64,000 nt of DNA, from the NCBI GenBank assembly GCA_964016885.1, contig OZ024740.1, positions 205,158,001 through 205,222,000 on the forward strand. Direction: 5' to 3'. Shown here piece after piece: positions 50,418 through 63,154 of the stretch (position 1 is the stretch's first letter; each line of letters opens with the position of its first letter). The stretch comes from Eledone cirrhosa (Eukaryota). The notes below the pieces were generated by a model that saw only the letters and a list, made by a program, of their open reading frames with translations, was not told where the DNA came from and searched no databases. Position numbers and translations under genes: made by a program.

Positions 50418-52919
50418 GCTAATTAGCTTTGAGACACACACATTTCAAATTTCAAATTTTCCCAATGTTTCTTAAGACTGGGGCGAAAACCACACTGTCC
50501 ATCAGTTAGAATGTCTCAGGAAAAAATTGCTGGACAGACATTGCGGGCAAAACCAACCAGCAGGAGACTTAGGAGTAGACCCCGAGCAAGATGGTTGGAT
50601 AACATCCATGAGCTTGGCTGGTGTCGCTTGAGGATCCAGATCAGTTGGAGACGGTTACATCTGACAGACCCTGCTGGAAGGAGTGTTTGAGGACTCTGCC
50701 CCCACAACCCTATCAGGAATAGGTGGGGAAAGAAGAAGTCATGATTTATTCTTTACTGAACCCATCATCAGAAATTAAACACTTAATTGTTATTATTTTC
50801 CTTGTTTCAGTCATTAGACTGTTGTCATGTTGGGGCACCACCTTGAATAAAGTGGGAGAAGAAGAAGAAGAAGAAGAAGAAGTTTCTTAAGTCAAATGCT
50901 TTGTTTACATTTCTAGAATAAGTATATATTTATTTGGTTAAAGTAGTTGACTATATTCAAGGACATCTGACCATAGTAACTACAGATTGTGTACAACAGA
51001 TGTATGCATACACCAGCTATAAGTATTCATACATACAGATAAAGATAAGCCATAGATATATATAGTCAAGTACATATAATGATAAAGTAAATTATAGTGG
51101 ATGTGGTGGAGGGAGTGAAGGGGGTTAAAGTGTGGAGGAGGATAGTTAGGTTTGCTGTGTGTGTGTGTGTGTGTGAGTGTGAATGAGTGAGTGAGAGTAA
51201 GTGAGTTAGTGGAAGAACGAGTGAGAGTAAGAAAGCATAAGGATGGTGAAAGACTGCGATGAAGTGAGTGAGGAACTGAGTGAGATGTGTGAGTGCGGGT
51301 ATGGAACCATGAGAGATTGTAGTGAAATCTATCCACATATATTGACCCCTAAACAACATGAGTTCACTTTTCTCTTTATCTTGGGTTGGTGCCAGTAGTC
51401 TTGAGAAACTGGCCAACTTTGGGTTAAATGAGATAAGATTTTCTTAAAGCCATTCCACTTTCATTTCTCAAAAGAGAAGGGCATCAGTTTTAGTTACTCA
51501 AGCAGTAGAGAGATGTAACGCTTAGCAAAAAAAACACTTCAGCCCTCTCAACAGGGTTGGAACTTCGATAAAAGTTGGTTCAATGCATCTTGTTAGACTA
51601 CTAGTACATTCACACAAACCAACCACACAAATATAACACACAATTCACTTGGTTCTTTGTTGTTTTCCTGTGTTGTCAACAATAGCTTCAACATAAGTTA
51701 TTTCTCAATAAAATCATTATTGTAGCAATGTTTGTTATTGTTCATAGGTTATTGTAATGTCAGCTTTACTTTCAGCCTTCAACTTTCAACAACTGACTAT
51801 GGCAATGAGTACAGCCACATATCTTGATTCACTGAGACACACACACTCAATTCATTTACCATAAGTCACAAATTTCTCGCAGCTCTTATATGGGAGAGAG
51901 CTATTCATGAAATCACCCATTAAGCCAGCAACATTACTACTACAACATCAGCCAAAGTGAACATAAACCACCAAACAATGGACAAATACCAATTCTCAGC
52001 ACCAATAACAATAAAAATAAACATCATTACAAGAGAGCCTATGAGGGAGCGTCTATATAGTCCCTTGAATATACTCAATGTAGGACCCAAATCCCCATTC
52101 AATAAGCCCTATTATCTTGAAAATGGGGGTTACATGTGTCAATGATGGAATTTCAATGTATTAGATCTCTGTTTGTTCAGATGAAGAAAGTTCCAGTTGT
52201 TCAATTAATGGAACAGCATGCTTATGAAATTAACATACAAGTGGCTGAGCATTCTAAAGAAACGTAGTTCTCAGGGAGATTCAGCATGACACAGTGATTA
52301 ACAAGGCTATCCCTTTGAATTATAGGTCATAAGTTTGATTCCTACACTAGGCAGTGCATTGTGCCCTTGGGCAAGACACTATATTTCACGTTGCTCCAGT
52401 GAAAAAAAATTAGTTGTACCTGCAATTCAAAGTGTCAGCCTTCTCACATATTGTGTCATGCTGAATCTTTTTGAGAATTACATTATGCAGGGCCGGATTT
52501 AATGGAGAGCAAAGGGGGCAATTGTTCCAGGTCCCCTGCAGTGGGGGGTGGGGTGGGGGTGGAGGGGCACCAGCGATGGACATAGCAATTTATTTGTGCT
52601 TTCAGCTGGGCTTTTTAGTTTTAGGATGGTTAGAATTTTTGAATTTAATACCTGTATGTATAACTTTTCAATTCCAATTACTTGTGCCAAGCTAACTTTG
52701 ATATGTAAAATTGGGGGATTTGTTGTGTATTCTAATTTTTTGTGTATGAGCCCCCCCCCCCCCCCCCCCAACCCTTAAGTGGCCCAGGTCCTCCAAGGTC
52801 TAAATCCAACCCTGGGTGTTCATGTACATGTAACTGTGCAATGTTCAACCATTTCCCTGTTCATTTTACAAGCATGCTGTTCAAAGAACTTACACACTGA
52901 TCATTGCATGGATGGAAGT

Positions 52920-52972
52920 CCAACAACAACAACAACGACAATAGCAACAGCAGCAACAGAAGCAACAGCTAT

Positions 52973-53018
<46 letters not shown>

Positions 53019-53027
53019 TCAGCAGCA
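52920..53027. repeat. (CAA)/(CAG) trinucleotide microsatellite; also (ACT)n at 59180-59258 and compound (ACC/ATC)n at 59832-60148
   Basis: Direct inspection. Confidence 0.95.
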
Positions 53028-53231
53028 TATTCATTGTATAGAAATGTTCATGTGAATCATGTATTAAAACTCCTTTCACACACAAACATTGTTTTACTAC
53101 AAAACAATTGCTAAATATTTCCTTGATTTGTTTTATAAAGAGTTAAATCATATGATATACATCTCATGATATTTAAAGACCAAAATATGCTCACAACATG
53201 AATTTTAATATTTATACATATATATATGTAA

Positions 53232-53262
<31 letters not shown>

Positions 53263-53457
53263 TTATTTAGGTTTGTTGGTTCACCACTGGATAGAACTGG
53301 TCATTCCGTATAGTCAACCTTGATGTAATATTAGGGATAGCACTCGATGTAATGCAACTCACCCGTCTTCGTTTGTGTTGGTGGTGGTGCAAGTACGGAG
53401 TTAATTATTATAAAATAACAGGAGGCTGGACTAGTGTAATTCCTTAAAAGGTTTATT

Positions 53458-53515
53458 ATACTATGATCATTTCAGTGACCGGGTTCAGTATGAATCCAGT
53501 GACATCATCAGGTAT
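53458..53515 (-). ncRNA. Minimal type I hammerhead ribozyme in a probable PLE-type terminal repeat fragment (~53270-53625)
   Basis: Minus strand: atac CTGATGA tgtcactggattcatactgaacccggtcact GAAA tgatca ta gtat. Stem I atac/gtat, palindromic stem III TGATCA, AUA site. Confidence 0.75.
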
Positions 53516-53664
53516 TCAAAATTTAACAAAGGAATAGACAAGATCCATGTGGCTGAAAGCAGAGACAGGAGGGCGGCCGAACATTTAGCAGCTTCTAGCC
53601 CGGTCAGCCGCCCTCAAGTCCATATTATAATATATATATATTATTATTATTATATATATATATA

Positions 53665-55210
53665 TAGTTAGTTCCACAACAAATTACCAAACCATACTGA
53701 AGGATGTGCATTTCACTGTGCGGATTTTCAAGCCATGTATGATAGACATGGAAGTGTATATCAGCTGACTAGATTCTGCGCGAAGGACGGCGATATTTTA
53801 GTGGTAAGGGAGATAACTCAAATTAGTCTGATGCGGGGGGGGGGGGATTATTTTCGTTTGAGTTAGTTCATTCCAAGTAAGATTTATGGTTATCCCAGGT
53901 CTTTTCAGTTATGTAACAAGTACTTTACAGCATGGGAGCAGTGATAAAAAAAATTGGCTCTCGTGTTAAAGCAAGTACTATTACATAACCTCTGCAAGAA
54001 ATTTATTTTTTCATCAATACGCAGCTTACAGGATATTTCTCCATTTCTGTATGACCTGGATTTGACCAGAACTTTTAATTGAATGGAGTAATTCACGTCT
54101 GCCTCGTTGAGTGACCATATGTGGCTTGATAGCTTCATGGACGATCGCTTATCAAAGTGTCTAAAGGTGGTCTGATGGTTAAGGAAGCATTCTTTAAACT
54201 GGTCCTTCGACATGCCTGCATATGTTTTGACGTCCTGTTGATTTGGTTGAGTGGATGTAACTTTAGCCTCATAGACTACTGCAGGTATATTACACTGTTG
54301 TTGAAGAGGACATGCTTCTGGCCTTCTGCAAGTGCATCCGGATGAGGAAGAGCTCTTGGAGTTGGTGGTGATGTGGGTTTTCATATTTTTAGCACAGGAA
54401 TATCTGAGTTTCACCTTAAGTCTGTATTTATATTCTATCGAGAAGTGCCTGTTTAAGAGTGCCAAGAATTTCCTACTTACATTAGTTCTAACACCGAGCG
54501 AGAAGTGTGGACAGAACTAAATTATTTTTTTATTTGTATTCTCTTTCTACTGGTAGTGTGATTAGGAGGGGAGTAAGGAATTTTATCAGAGAAGCCGCAG
54601 TTATTGTAAGGTGGCACTCTGTCAAAGATGGAATTGTTAGAAGAAAGATTAGAAATCCTACTACTGATGTTTTTAACGTCATCAAACACTTGTGATGGCA
54701 GGCACTGGCTTTCGAGGGAAAAATTACCGGTACTGCTGACACCTACAACCTGAAATCGAGAGTCTATCCACCCAAGGTAAATAACTTCGTTTTTTTTCAT
54801 TACTTTCCACTAACACTCTAGCCCTTTCCAAAACAAACTTAGCAGAGACATTAAAAAATTTAGGTCTTTCACTATCACTTTCGTCCTATCTGATAAAACA
54901 AATAACATTTATGAAGTTGACCAAACTACTTACAACCATTTGGCATGAAAGACTATAACATCGAAGTACAAAAAAGCAGACCCCTTAGCTTACATTAACA
55001 ACTTAGATAAGAAACTACAATACCTAGCTAATTGTGAGGCTTTTAATGGTCACAAGGTCGATTTTGCTACTAACCCTACTTGTAGACTGTTGAACCCAGC
55101 ACGTACAGAGATGGGGTTAGTCAGCAAATCTATTCTTAAAGGATTAGTTAAGACCATTAGGAAGAAATCCAACCAGTGGGAAAACAATGATTCTGTTGTT
55201 AAGTGGTTCA
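53665..55210 (-). mobile_element. Penelope-like element fragments: endonuclease end on minus (53665-54700), RT N-terminal piece on plus (54700-55210)
   Basis: CTCRRPEACPLQQQC, VVYEA...YAGM, LSSHIWSL, C.L..DEK and CSH motifs. Homologous to 56400-58650. Confidence 0.88.
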
Positions 55211-56011
55211 TTGTTAACTGCAGTAGTGGACAGCCATAATCTTTTTCTGCTTGTTGAAGCTTTCATAATCAGATGTGTTTAGTGATTATCCTTGCATCAC
55301 CCCCCCCCCCCCCCACTACCATCATCACCATCATCATTTGTTGTCAAGGAATTTATAAACAATGTCAACAGGTTGAAATGGTTTGACATCTTTTCTTCAG
55401 TTCTGCTAATTGTTGATATCAGTCTTTCTTTTCACATTCAAGGCCTCTGCCATTAGACTGAGACCATGCTGGGGCACCACATTCTTTTATTGGCTTCAGT
55501 CATTAGACTGTGACCATGCTGGGGCACCACATTCTTTTATTGGCTTCAGTCATTAGACTGACCATGCTGGGGCACCTCCCTGATACGATATAATCAATCA
55601 TCTGTTTCTACGAGATGTCTCCTTCTGGTTCTAGTTCATACACACACACACGCACACACACCCATACACATATATACATGTACACACATACATACACAGA
55701 CACATACATGCACACACACATACACACATATGTAGACACACACCACACATATATGCACATGCGTGCATACACATACAAACATACACACTCACATATTCAC
55801 ACCAACACACACACATATATATATATATATACCCACCCCCACACTCACACACACACTTACATATACACGCACACTCACATATACACACACATACTCACAT
55901 ACACACACACACGCACACACACACATATATATATATATATAGAGAGAGAGGTAGAACACTGGAAGGTAATATCCATAGTAGTAGAGCACTCAGTCCAAGG
56001 GACGAGTTAGG

Positions 56012-58652
56012 TAGAAGTAGTAACACAACAGTTAGTTCACTATACCTAGAACAATTGCTTCACCTTATGCGGATCTTCAGCTCGGAGTGGTAATGGTTAT
56101 GCGGAACAAGAAGGACAACCGTCGCATGCGCAGAAACGGTCACTTCACCCAAGCGATACAAAACCACGGGCGAAAGGTGTAAGGGAGATAACTGCGAATG
56201 TCCAGAATAAAATGTTCGAGTTGATTAGAAAATTAGAATGTTGTTGTTATTCAATTCTGAGCTTTGTAGTTATGCAAGAGGTGTTTCCAGGCATGTGGAC
56301 AACGTGAGAAGATTTCATTTCTTGAATTTAGACAAACGCTATTGCATAATCTCCTTAGAATATTTATCCTTTCTTCAATACACAGTCTACAAGACGGATT
56401 GCTTGGACTTGGAAGCGTTCCTGGCGAGCTTAAGATGGCGAGCTCTAGCTTTCGATGGCAAAATTACAGGCACCAGTAACACCTTCGACCTGAGATCGAG
56501 AGCCTACCCTCCTAAGGTAACTGAACTCGCTCCTTTCGAAGTGGACCTTTTTGACGTAGTCGCTAACATTTCCTTTCGCAAACACTCTAACACCTTCCAA
56601 ACTAGAAATTTAGGTCTTCCAATAACACTTTCGTTCTTTCTGACAAAACCAATAATATTTACAAAGTCGACAACACTACTTACAGCCACTTGGCACGTAA
56701 CGCCATACCTCTAAATATAAGAAGGCTAACCCTATGGCCTACCACAACATCAATACAGAAGCCAAAGACCTTGCTGCCACCCTTAAGGTAGATAAGAAAC
56801 TACAATGCTTAGTTAAACGTGAGGCGTTTCTCACCCTGAAGGATCACAAGGTAGACTTTGCTTCTAATCCCATGTGTAGACTACTAAACCCGGCACGCAC
56901 GGAAATGGGACTAGTCACTAAGGCTATACTTAGGAACATAGTTAAGACCATTAGGACCAAGTCCAACCTGTCCCAGTGGGAGAACAGTAACTCCGTCATT
57001 AAGTGGTTTAACTCCTTTAAATCCAAAAAAGTGAAGTTCACGCAATTCGACATTGTAGATTTTTACCCGTCGATCTCAGAGACCCTGTTAAACAAAGCGT
57101 TGGACTTTGCTACCACTTACACTACCGTCCATGTTTTAGACAGGGAGATCATCGTTCACTGCCGGAAAACCCTCCTCTTCAACAACGGAGTAGCCTGGGC
57201 CCAAAAGTCAACCACTTCAGAACTATTCAACGTCTCCATTGGATCGTTCGACAGTGCTGACGTATGCGACTTGGTTGGCTTATTTATTTTAGATATATTA
57301 CATGTTAGATTCCGGGGACTTCCACGCGGGAATATACCGCGACGATGGTCTGACCTTATCGAGCCATAAAAGTGGTCACGACATCGACCGGTTTAAAAAA
57401 AGATTTAACTTGTACTTTTAATGAGTTAGGACTTAGGATAACGGTAGCTACCAACCTCTCTAGTGTAGATTTCTTAGACATTAATTTATACCTTCGCACA
57501 TACCTTCACACATACTTTCAGACCCTTCCATAAATTAAATGAAAAACTTAATTACATACACACGGACTCATGCCACCCTCCTACTGTTTTTAGAAACTTC
57601 GTAAATAATATCAGTACTAGAATCTCTAACTTCTCTAATAAGGCAATTTTTGTCAGAGCGTCCCCTACTATAACACGGCTACTATAACAGCGGCTTCTTG
57701 CAACCAATTACTTACTTCCCCACTAACACCAACAGCAATAAGAAAAGAAATCGTAACAATAGACAAACTATCTGGTTCTCTCCTCCCTTCTCACTCAACG
57801 TTAAAACTAATGTAGGAATAATTTTTTTAGCCCCCTTAGATAGACACTTTTCCATAAGTCACAAATACTGCTCCATCTTTAACAGACATAGAGTAAAACT
57901 AGAGTACTCCTGCACTAAGAATATGAAGGCCTACATCACCAACAGTCCTAAGAGCGGCACCCCACCAGGATGTTCTTGCCGAAAGCCTGAAGCTTGTCCC
58001 CTTCAATAGCAATGCAACACACCCACTGTAGTTTATGAAGCTGTGGTCACTTCCAACCGACTAAATCAACCGTAGGAGGTCAAATCCTATGTGGGCATGG
58101 CGGAGGGCCGATTTAAGGAATGCATCCTGAACCATCAGTCGACCTTTAGGTACCCAGACAAACGATCATCCACAAAGCTCGCGAGCCACGTATGGTCCCT
58201 CAAAGACTCAGGTATAGATTACTCCATTCAATGGAAAGCTATCACTAAGTCCAGGCCATACGCAAGGGGCAATCCGTCTTGTATTGAAGAAAGGATAAAT
58301 ATTCTAAGGAGATTACGCAATAGCGATTGCCTAAATACAAGAAATAAAATCTTCTCCCGTTGTCCACATGCCTGGAAACACCTCTTGCATAACTACAAAG
58401 CTCCGGATTGAATAACAACAACACTCTAATTTTCTAATCAACTCAAACATTTTATTCCAGACATTCGCAGTTATCTCCCTTAAACCTTTCGCCCGTGGTT
58501 TTGTATTGCTTGGGTGAAGTGACCGTTTTTGCGCATGCGCGTTCATACGGTTGTTCTTCCTGTTCCGTATAACCATTACCAGTCCGAGCTGAAGATCTGC
58601 ATAAGGTGAAACAATTGTTCTCGGTATGGTGAACTAACTGTTGGGTTACTAC

Positions 58653-58657
<5 letters not shown>
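56012..58657 (+). mobile_element. Penelope-like element (probably Hydra clade), near full length, with an inverted 5' copy of the 3' pLTR
   Basis: RT motifs TLKDHK.DF...CRLLNPA, FDIVDFYPSI, GSFDSADVCDLVG and GIYRDDGL; CxCx5Cx5C linker; VVY..YVG endonuclease. 56012-56335 is the reverse complement of 58326-58657. Confidence 0.92.
58578..58630 (+). ncRNA. Minimal type I hammerhead ribozyme in the PLE pLTR (mirror copy 56039-56091 on minus has GAAA>GAAG)
   Basis: acca.gt.ccgag CTGAAGA tctgcataaggt GAAA caattg tt ctcgg.ta.tggt. Stem I ccgag/ctcgg with an acca/tggt extension, palindromic stem III CAATTG, GUU site. Confidence 0.82.
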
Positions 58658-58694
<37 letters not shown>

Positions 58695-59180
58695 TCACTC
58701 ACATATATACACACACACTCACATATACACACACACACTGTCACATACACACACACACACTCACATATACACACACACCCACATACACACACACACTCAC
58801 GTATACATACACACTGTTACATATACACACTCACATATACACAGACACGCACTTACATATACACATATTTTAAGCATTTTTTTTGTATTTCCTTATTAGT
58901 ACTCTGGCACTCACTTCAATTATTCAATAATGGTTTCTAAGTTAGGCACAAGCCCAACAATCTTTTAGAAGAGGGAAAAGGCGATTAAATTGACCCCAGT
59001 GCATTACTGGTACTTTATTTTATCGACCTCTTAAGGATGAAAGGCAAAGCTAACCACAGTGAGATTTAAAATCAGGGCATAAAGGGCCGTAACTCTATGC
59101 TGCAAAGCAATTATTCAATAATAGGAGCTAACAAGGCACCCTGTATGTGGTTGCTAGACATACTAGAAATAGTAGTCAAA

Positions 59181-59257
<77 letters not shown>

Positions 59258-62184
59258 CAATCTTACACTTTGGTAGCACACCAAATTACATCTCATGGCA
59301 CGCCAGTGTAGGTTTAGAGTTAAGTTTGTGGTTAAGAATCATAATCTCTTATGTTTCAATGTAGGAATCCAAAGATCTTTCTCCTCCTCCTTCTTCTTCT
59401 CCTTCTTCTTGCCAGGGTTATTGAGACAGAGTCCTCAAGCATGCCTTCCAGCAGGTCCTGTCAGAGCCAAAACATCTCCAATTGATCTGATTGGATCCCT
59501 CTCTTCCTAAAACCCCACTTCAAAAAACTGCCCCATAGAGACAAAGAAATAATGGGGATGTTTGTGATGGGATGTTGAAAAATTGAAATTTCAAAAGAAA
59601 CTTTTTTTTTTTTTGCGGAATTGTAATCTCTGATGTTTCCAATGTAGGAATCTGAAGAAATTTTCTAAAAATCAAACAAAAATATATTCATGGAGCAATG
59701 TTTGAATGTTGCCAGAATTAACATTATCTTTCCTTTATCACTCCAAGATCAATAAAATAAGTGCCAGTTGGATATATATGGTCATTGATTCTATTGATTA
59801 TTCTGGTGTTCTCATTGCCCAAGGAAAAAAAATCATCATCATCATCATCACCACCACCATCACCATCACCACTGCCACAACCACTAAAAGCACCACCAAA
59901 ACCAACACCATCATCATCACCACCACCACCAAAACCACTACCACCACCACCTCCACCATCACTATTACAACAACCACCACAATCATCATCATCACCACCA
60001 CCATCACCATCACAACAACCATCACCACCATCATCATCATCATCACCACCACCACTACCACCACCACCACCACCACCACCACCAAAACCATCACTAAAAC
60101 AACCACCACCACCACCACCACCAGCATCACCATCACTAAAACCATCAGCTATGGTATTAGCAGAAATAATATTCTGCTAAAGCTTTACATAGATAAAAGG
60201 TCTGACAACCAAATTTATAGAACATATATTGAGAACATTTGATTAAGTTGTGTTGAAATATGAAGACTTCTTCTATTTTGTATTTATAGATTCTTTCCCA
60301 TTATTGGGGTGGAATGGCAGTATCGGTAGAGTGTCAGGCAATATGTTTTGTGGCATATAGTTACGGCTCTTTACATCACTCCAGGGTTACCTTTGCCTTT
60401 CGTCCTTACAGAGTCAATAAAATAAAGTACCAGTAGTGCACTGGGGTTGATATAATTGACTTTCTCTTCCCCCCAAAATGTTGGTCTTGTGCCTAATTCA
60501 GAAACCATTATTTATTTATTTATTTATTCTTTTACTTTTTTTTACCCTTTACTGCTTTCAGTCGCTAGGCTGCAGTCATGCTGGGAGACCACTTTAATTT
60601 AGTCAATCATATTAAACCCAGTACTTATTTCTCAACTCTGGTACTAATTTTATCAATTTCCTTTTTGTTAAACTGCTAAGTTACAAGACACAAACATAGA
60701 CACAGACTAATATAAACTCACACAGGTTCACACATATAAACCATCATCATCATCTTATGTATATTTTTACATGTTTGCAAGAGTTGAATGAGCACTTTCC
60801 TGCATAGGCACCTTCCACTGGTAGCGTTCTTTCGTCACCTCCTCTGTGAAGTTCACCTTTGTCCATGTTTTTCTTAGTCGTCTTCTATTGTAGCTTCTTC
60901 CACTGGCATCTTCTGGCACTTCTTCACCCAGCAATCATCATCCATATGCATCACATGTCCATACCAGTGCAGACTTGCACACTACATCTGATTTCTCTTC
61001 TACCCAGTTTTTCTCTCAGTTCACCCATGTTTTCCAGTGAAATATACTGTATTTGAATTAATTAATTTAGAATTTGGAGAGATTTACTTAAATTTTTTTA
61101 TTATTTTATTATCACTAGAATTTTTTTTTCCATATGCTGACACATATGTGTATATGTGTGTGTGTGTGTATGTGCATATACATACATTTATATGTATGAG
61201 TATATAAATATAAACGCGCAAACATAGACACTCTTAAAAAAATACACACTCACAGACATACATTCACACAAATACACATATACATTCACACATGCATTTA
61301 CACAAACACACACATACATAGCATTTTCACCATCCCCTTCCTTCCTTTTACACACACATACATCCACACAGGCAGCAGATGTAAAGAGAGGAGTAGTATG
61401 AGGTAGTCAAACTACTCCTTTACGTGTTGTGACAGAATCAGAGAAATTTATATATAGAAGATGACATTTGTAACAGAACTTAAGAAAAGATTCATCACCA
61501 TCATTATCATCACTGTTTAATGTCCATTTTTCCAAGCTGGCATGGGTTAGACAAGTTGTCCTGTTGTGAGCAATGCCAGGTCAGGTGACCATGTCTTGCT
61601 CATATATCAAGTTACATTAGAAAATTATAATTAAATAGGAATCCTTAAAAATGGGTGGTTTTGTTTCCTAGAATTAGAAGTAGGTGAGTATCTAACGAGT
61701 TAATATAGGGTGAGTGAGAACAATTTGCAGAAACTGATGTAGTTATTAGCAGAAAATTATCAACTACTTTCATCCGACACTTACAACATTACATTGAGTT
61801 GAAAAATAAATACATTTATTTTGTTTTTCTCTTTTGGGATATTTCTGATTCCCTAAAGCAAAATAACAAAAAAAAAAAGTTTTCCCTAAAGAGTTTAGCT
61901 ATTAACAGTTTGACATTTTCATATGCGCATATTTAATTTCTCTTTGAATATAATTCTGGAAAGTGTCCTTGACTGTTTAACAATAAAACCAGTTTAGTAA
62001 GTTAAATGAACTAAAATGCCTTAGTTGTCAACATAACATGTCACATGTGTATTTATCTATTTCTGATATTCTCATGTGAATTATTTCTGGCCAAATAGTT
62101 AGAGATGTTAGCTGGCTACCAGAGAGATAGCTTGTATTCCATCACTGTCATTGTACATTGAATGTATGTATGTTTGTATGGACA

Positions 62185-63140
62185 CCCAATCGTGCGGTTA
62201 AACCACTGGAAGTGAAGGACCCCTAGCCTTTGTAAGGGCATTCTTCTAGGAAAAGGCAACTCAGGAAAAGGATAACTCCGATATAAAACCTGCGGCTCAG
62301 TAGTTACCGATGATGTTGATCATTTCTTCTTTTCGGGTTATAGCTACTGTCGCTGAGAGAGTGGGATTGGCTCAGTGCACAGTCTTTCCTCACTTTAAAA
62401 AATATCTTCACGCACAGGCATTTCACGATAGAATTAATTAATAATTATTAATAATGGTATATCATGCAATGGCCATACTCGATAACGAGGGGGCAGCCAT
62501 CATGTATGTATGTATGTATGTATGTTTGGTGCTACTGGTAACATGTATTCCAGTACAACCTGTCCCATGGTCGGGCCGTTGGCGACTAAACTGGCAACCC
62601 ACTAAGGTTTCTTGGTGAGGAGGGTGACTTTGGACATCCTGCAGGACTAAAAACAAAACCTGTCAAAGGAGCTCTTAAGAGTCAATGGCCATCCAAAATC
62701 ACCGGGAGAGATGACCCCTTAGCCTTTGTCAAGGCAGAATTCTAGGAGAAGGAAAACTCTGATATAACACCTGCCACTCTGATGGTATCCAATGATGTTG
62801 ACTTGTTCTTCTTTTTGGTAAATATCATCTTGGTTAAGAGAGTGGGACTGGCTTTGTGCAGTGCCTTTGCTCACTATAAAAGCTTCACGGCACAGGCATT
62901 GCTTTATATATGGAGATCTCTCTGCACTTGTCGTCACATGGTACCATGGGCCTAGCACTATGTGTCAATAATTGTCACAAGTGTAGTGTTTGTACCAGAG
63001 TTTTCAAGTCGCTGGCTGGACTAAAGTCACATTCGTTCAGTGCATCGGTAGGAGTTCTCCTACATGGATATAAAGTAGTGGCCGTACTCGAAAACGAGTT
63101 GGCAGCCACCATATATGTATGTATTTATGTATGTATGTAT
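62185..63140 (+). mobile_element. Two tandem bipartite RTE-derived non-autonomous elements (5' UTR-like part joined to the RTE 3' end, (ATGT)n tails)
   Basis: 62215-62425 is homologous to 62710-62905. Both units end in tggcc.tactcga.aacgag..ggcagcca followed by tatgtatgtatg; the second keeps the CSVC..FKSLAGLKSH finger. Confidence 0.7.
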
Positions 63141-63154
63141 GTAAAAAAAAATGG

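Noticed and set aside
59706-60242. Thr-rich, Pro-rich or Val-rich ORFs (mucin- or extensin-like), and similar His/Thr ORFs at 46275-47015, 55615-56010 and poly-Ala at 52779-53114
   Set aside because: They are open only because they span stop-free microsatellites; there is no splice or homology support.
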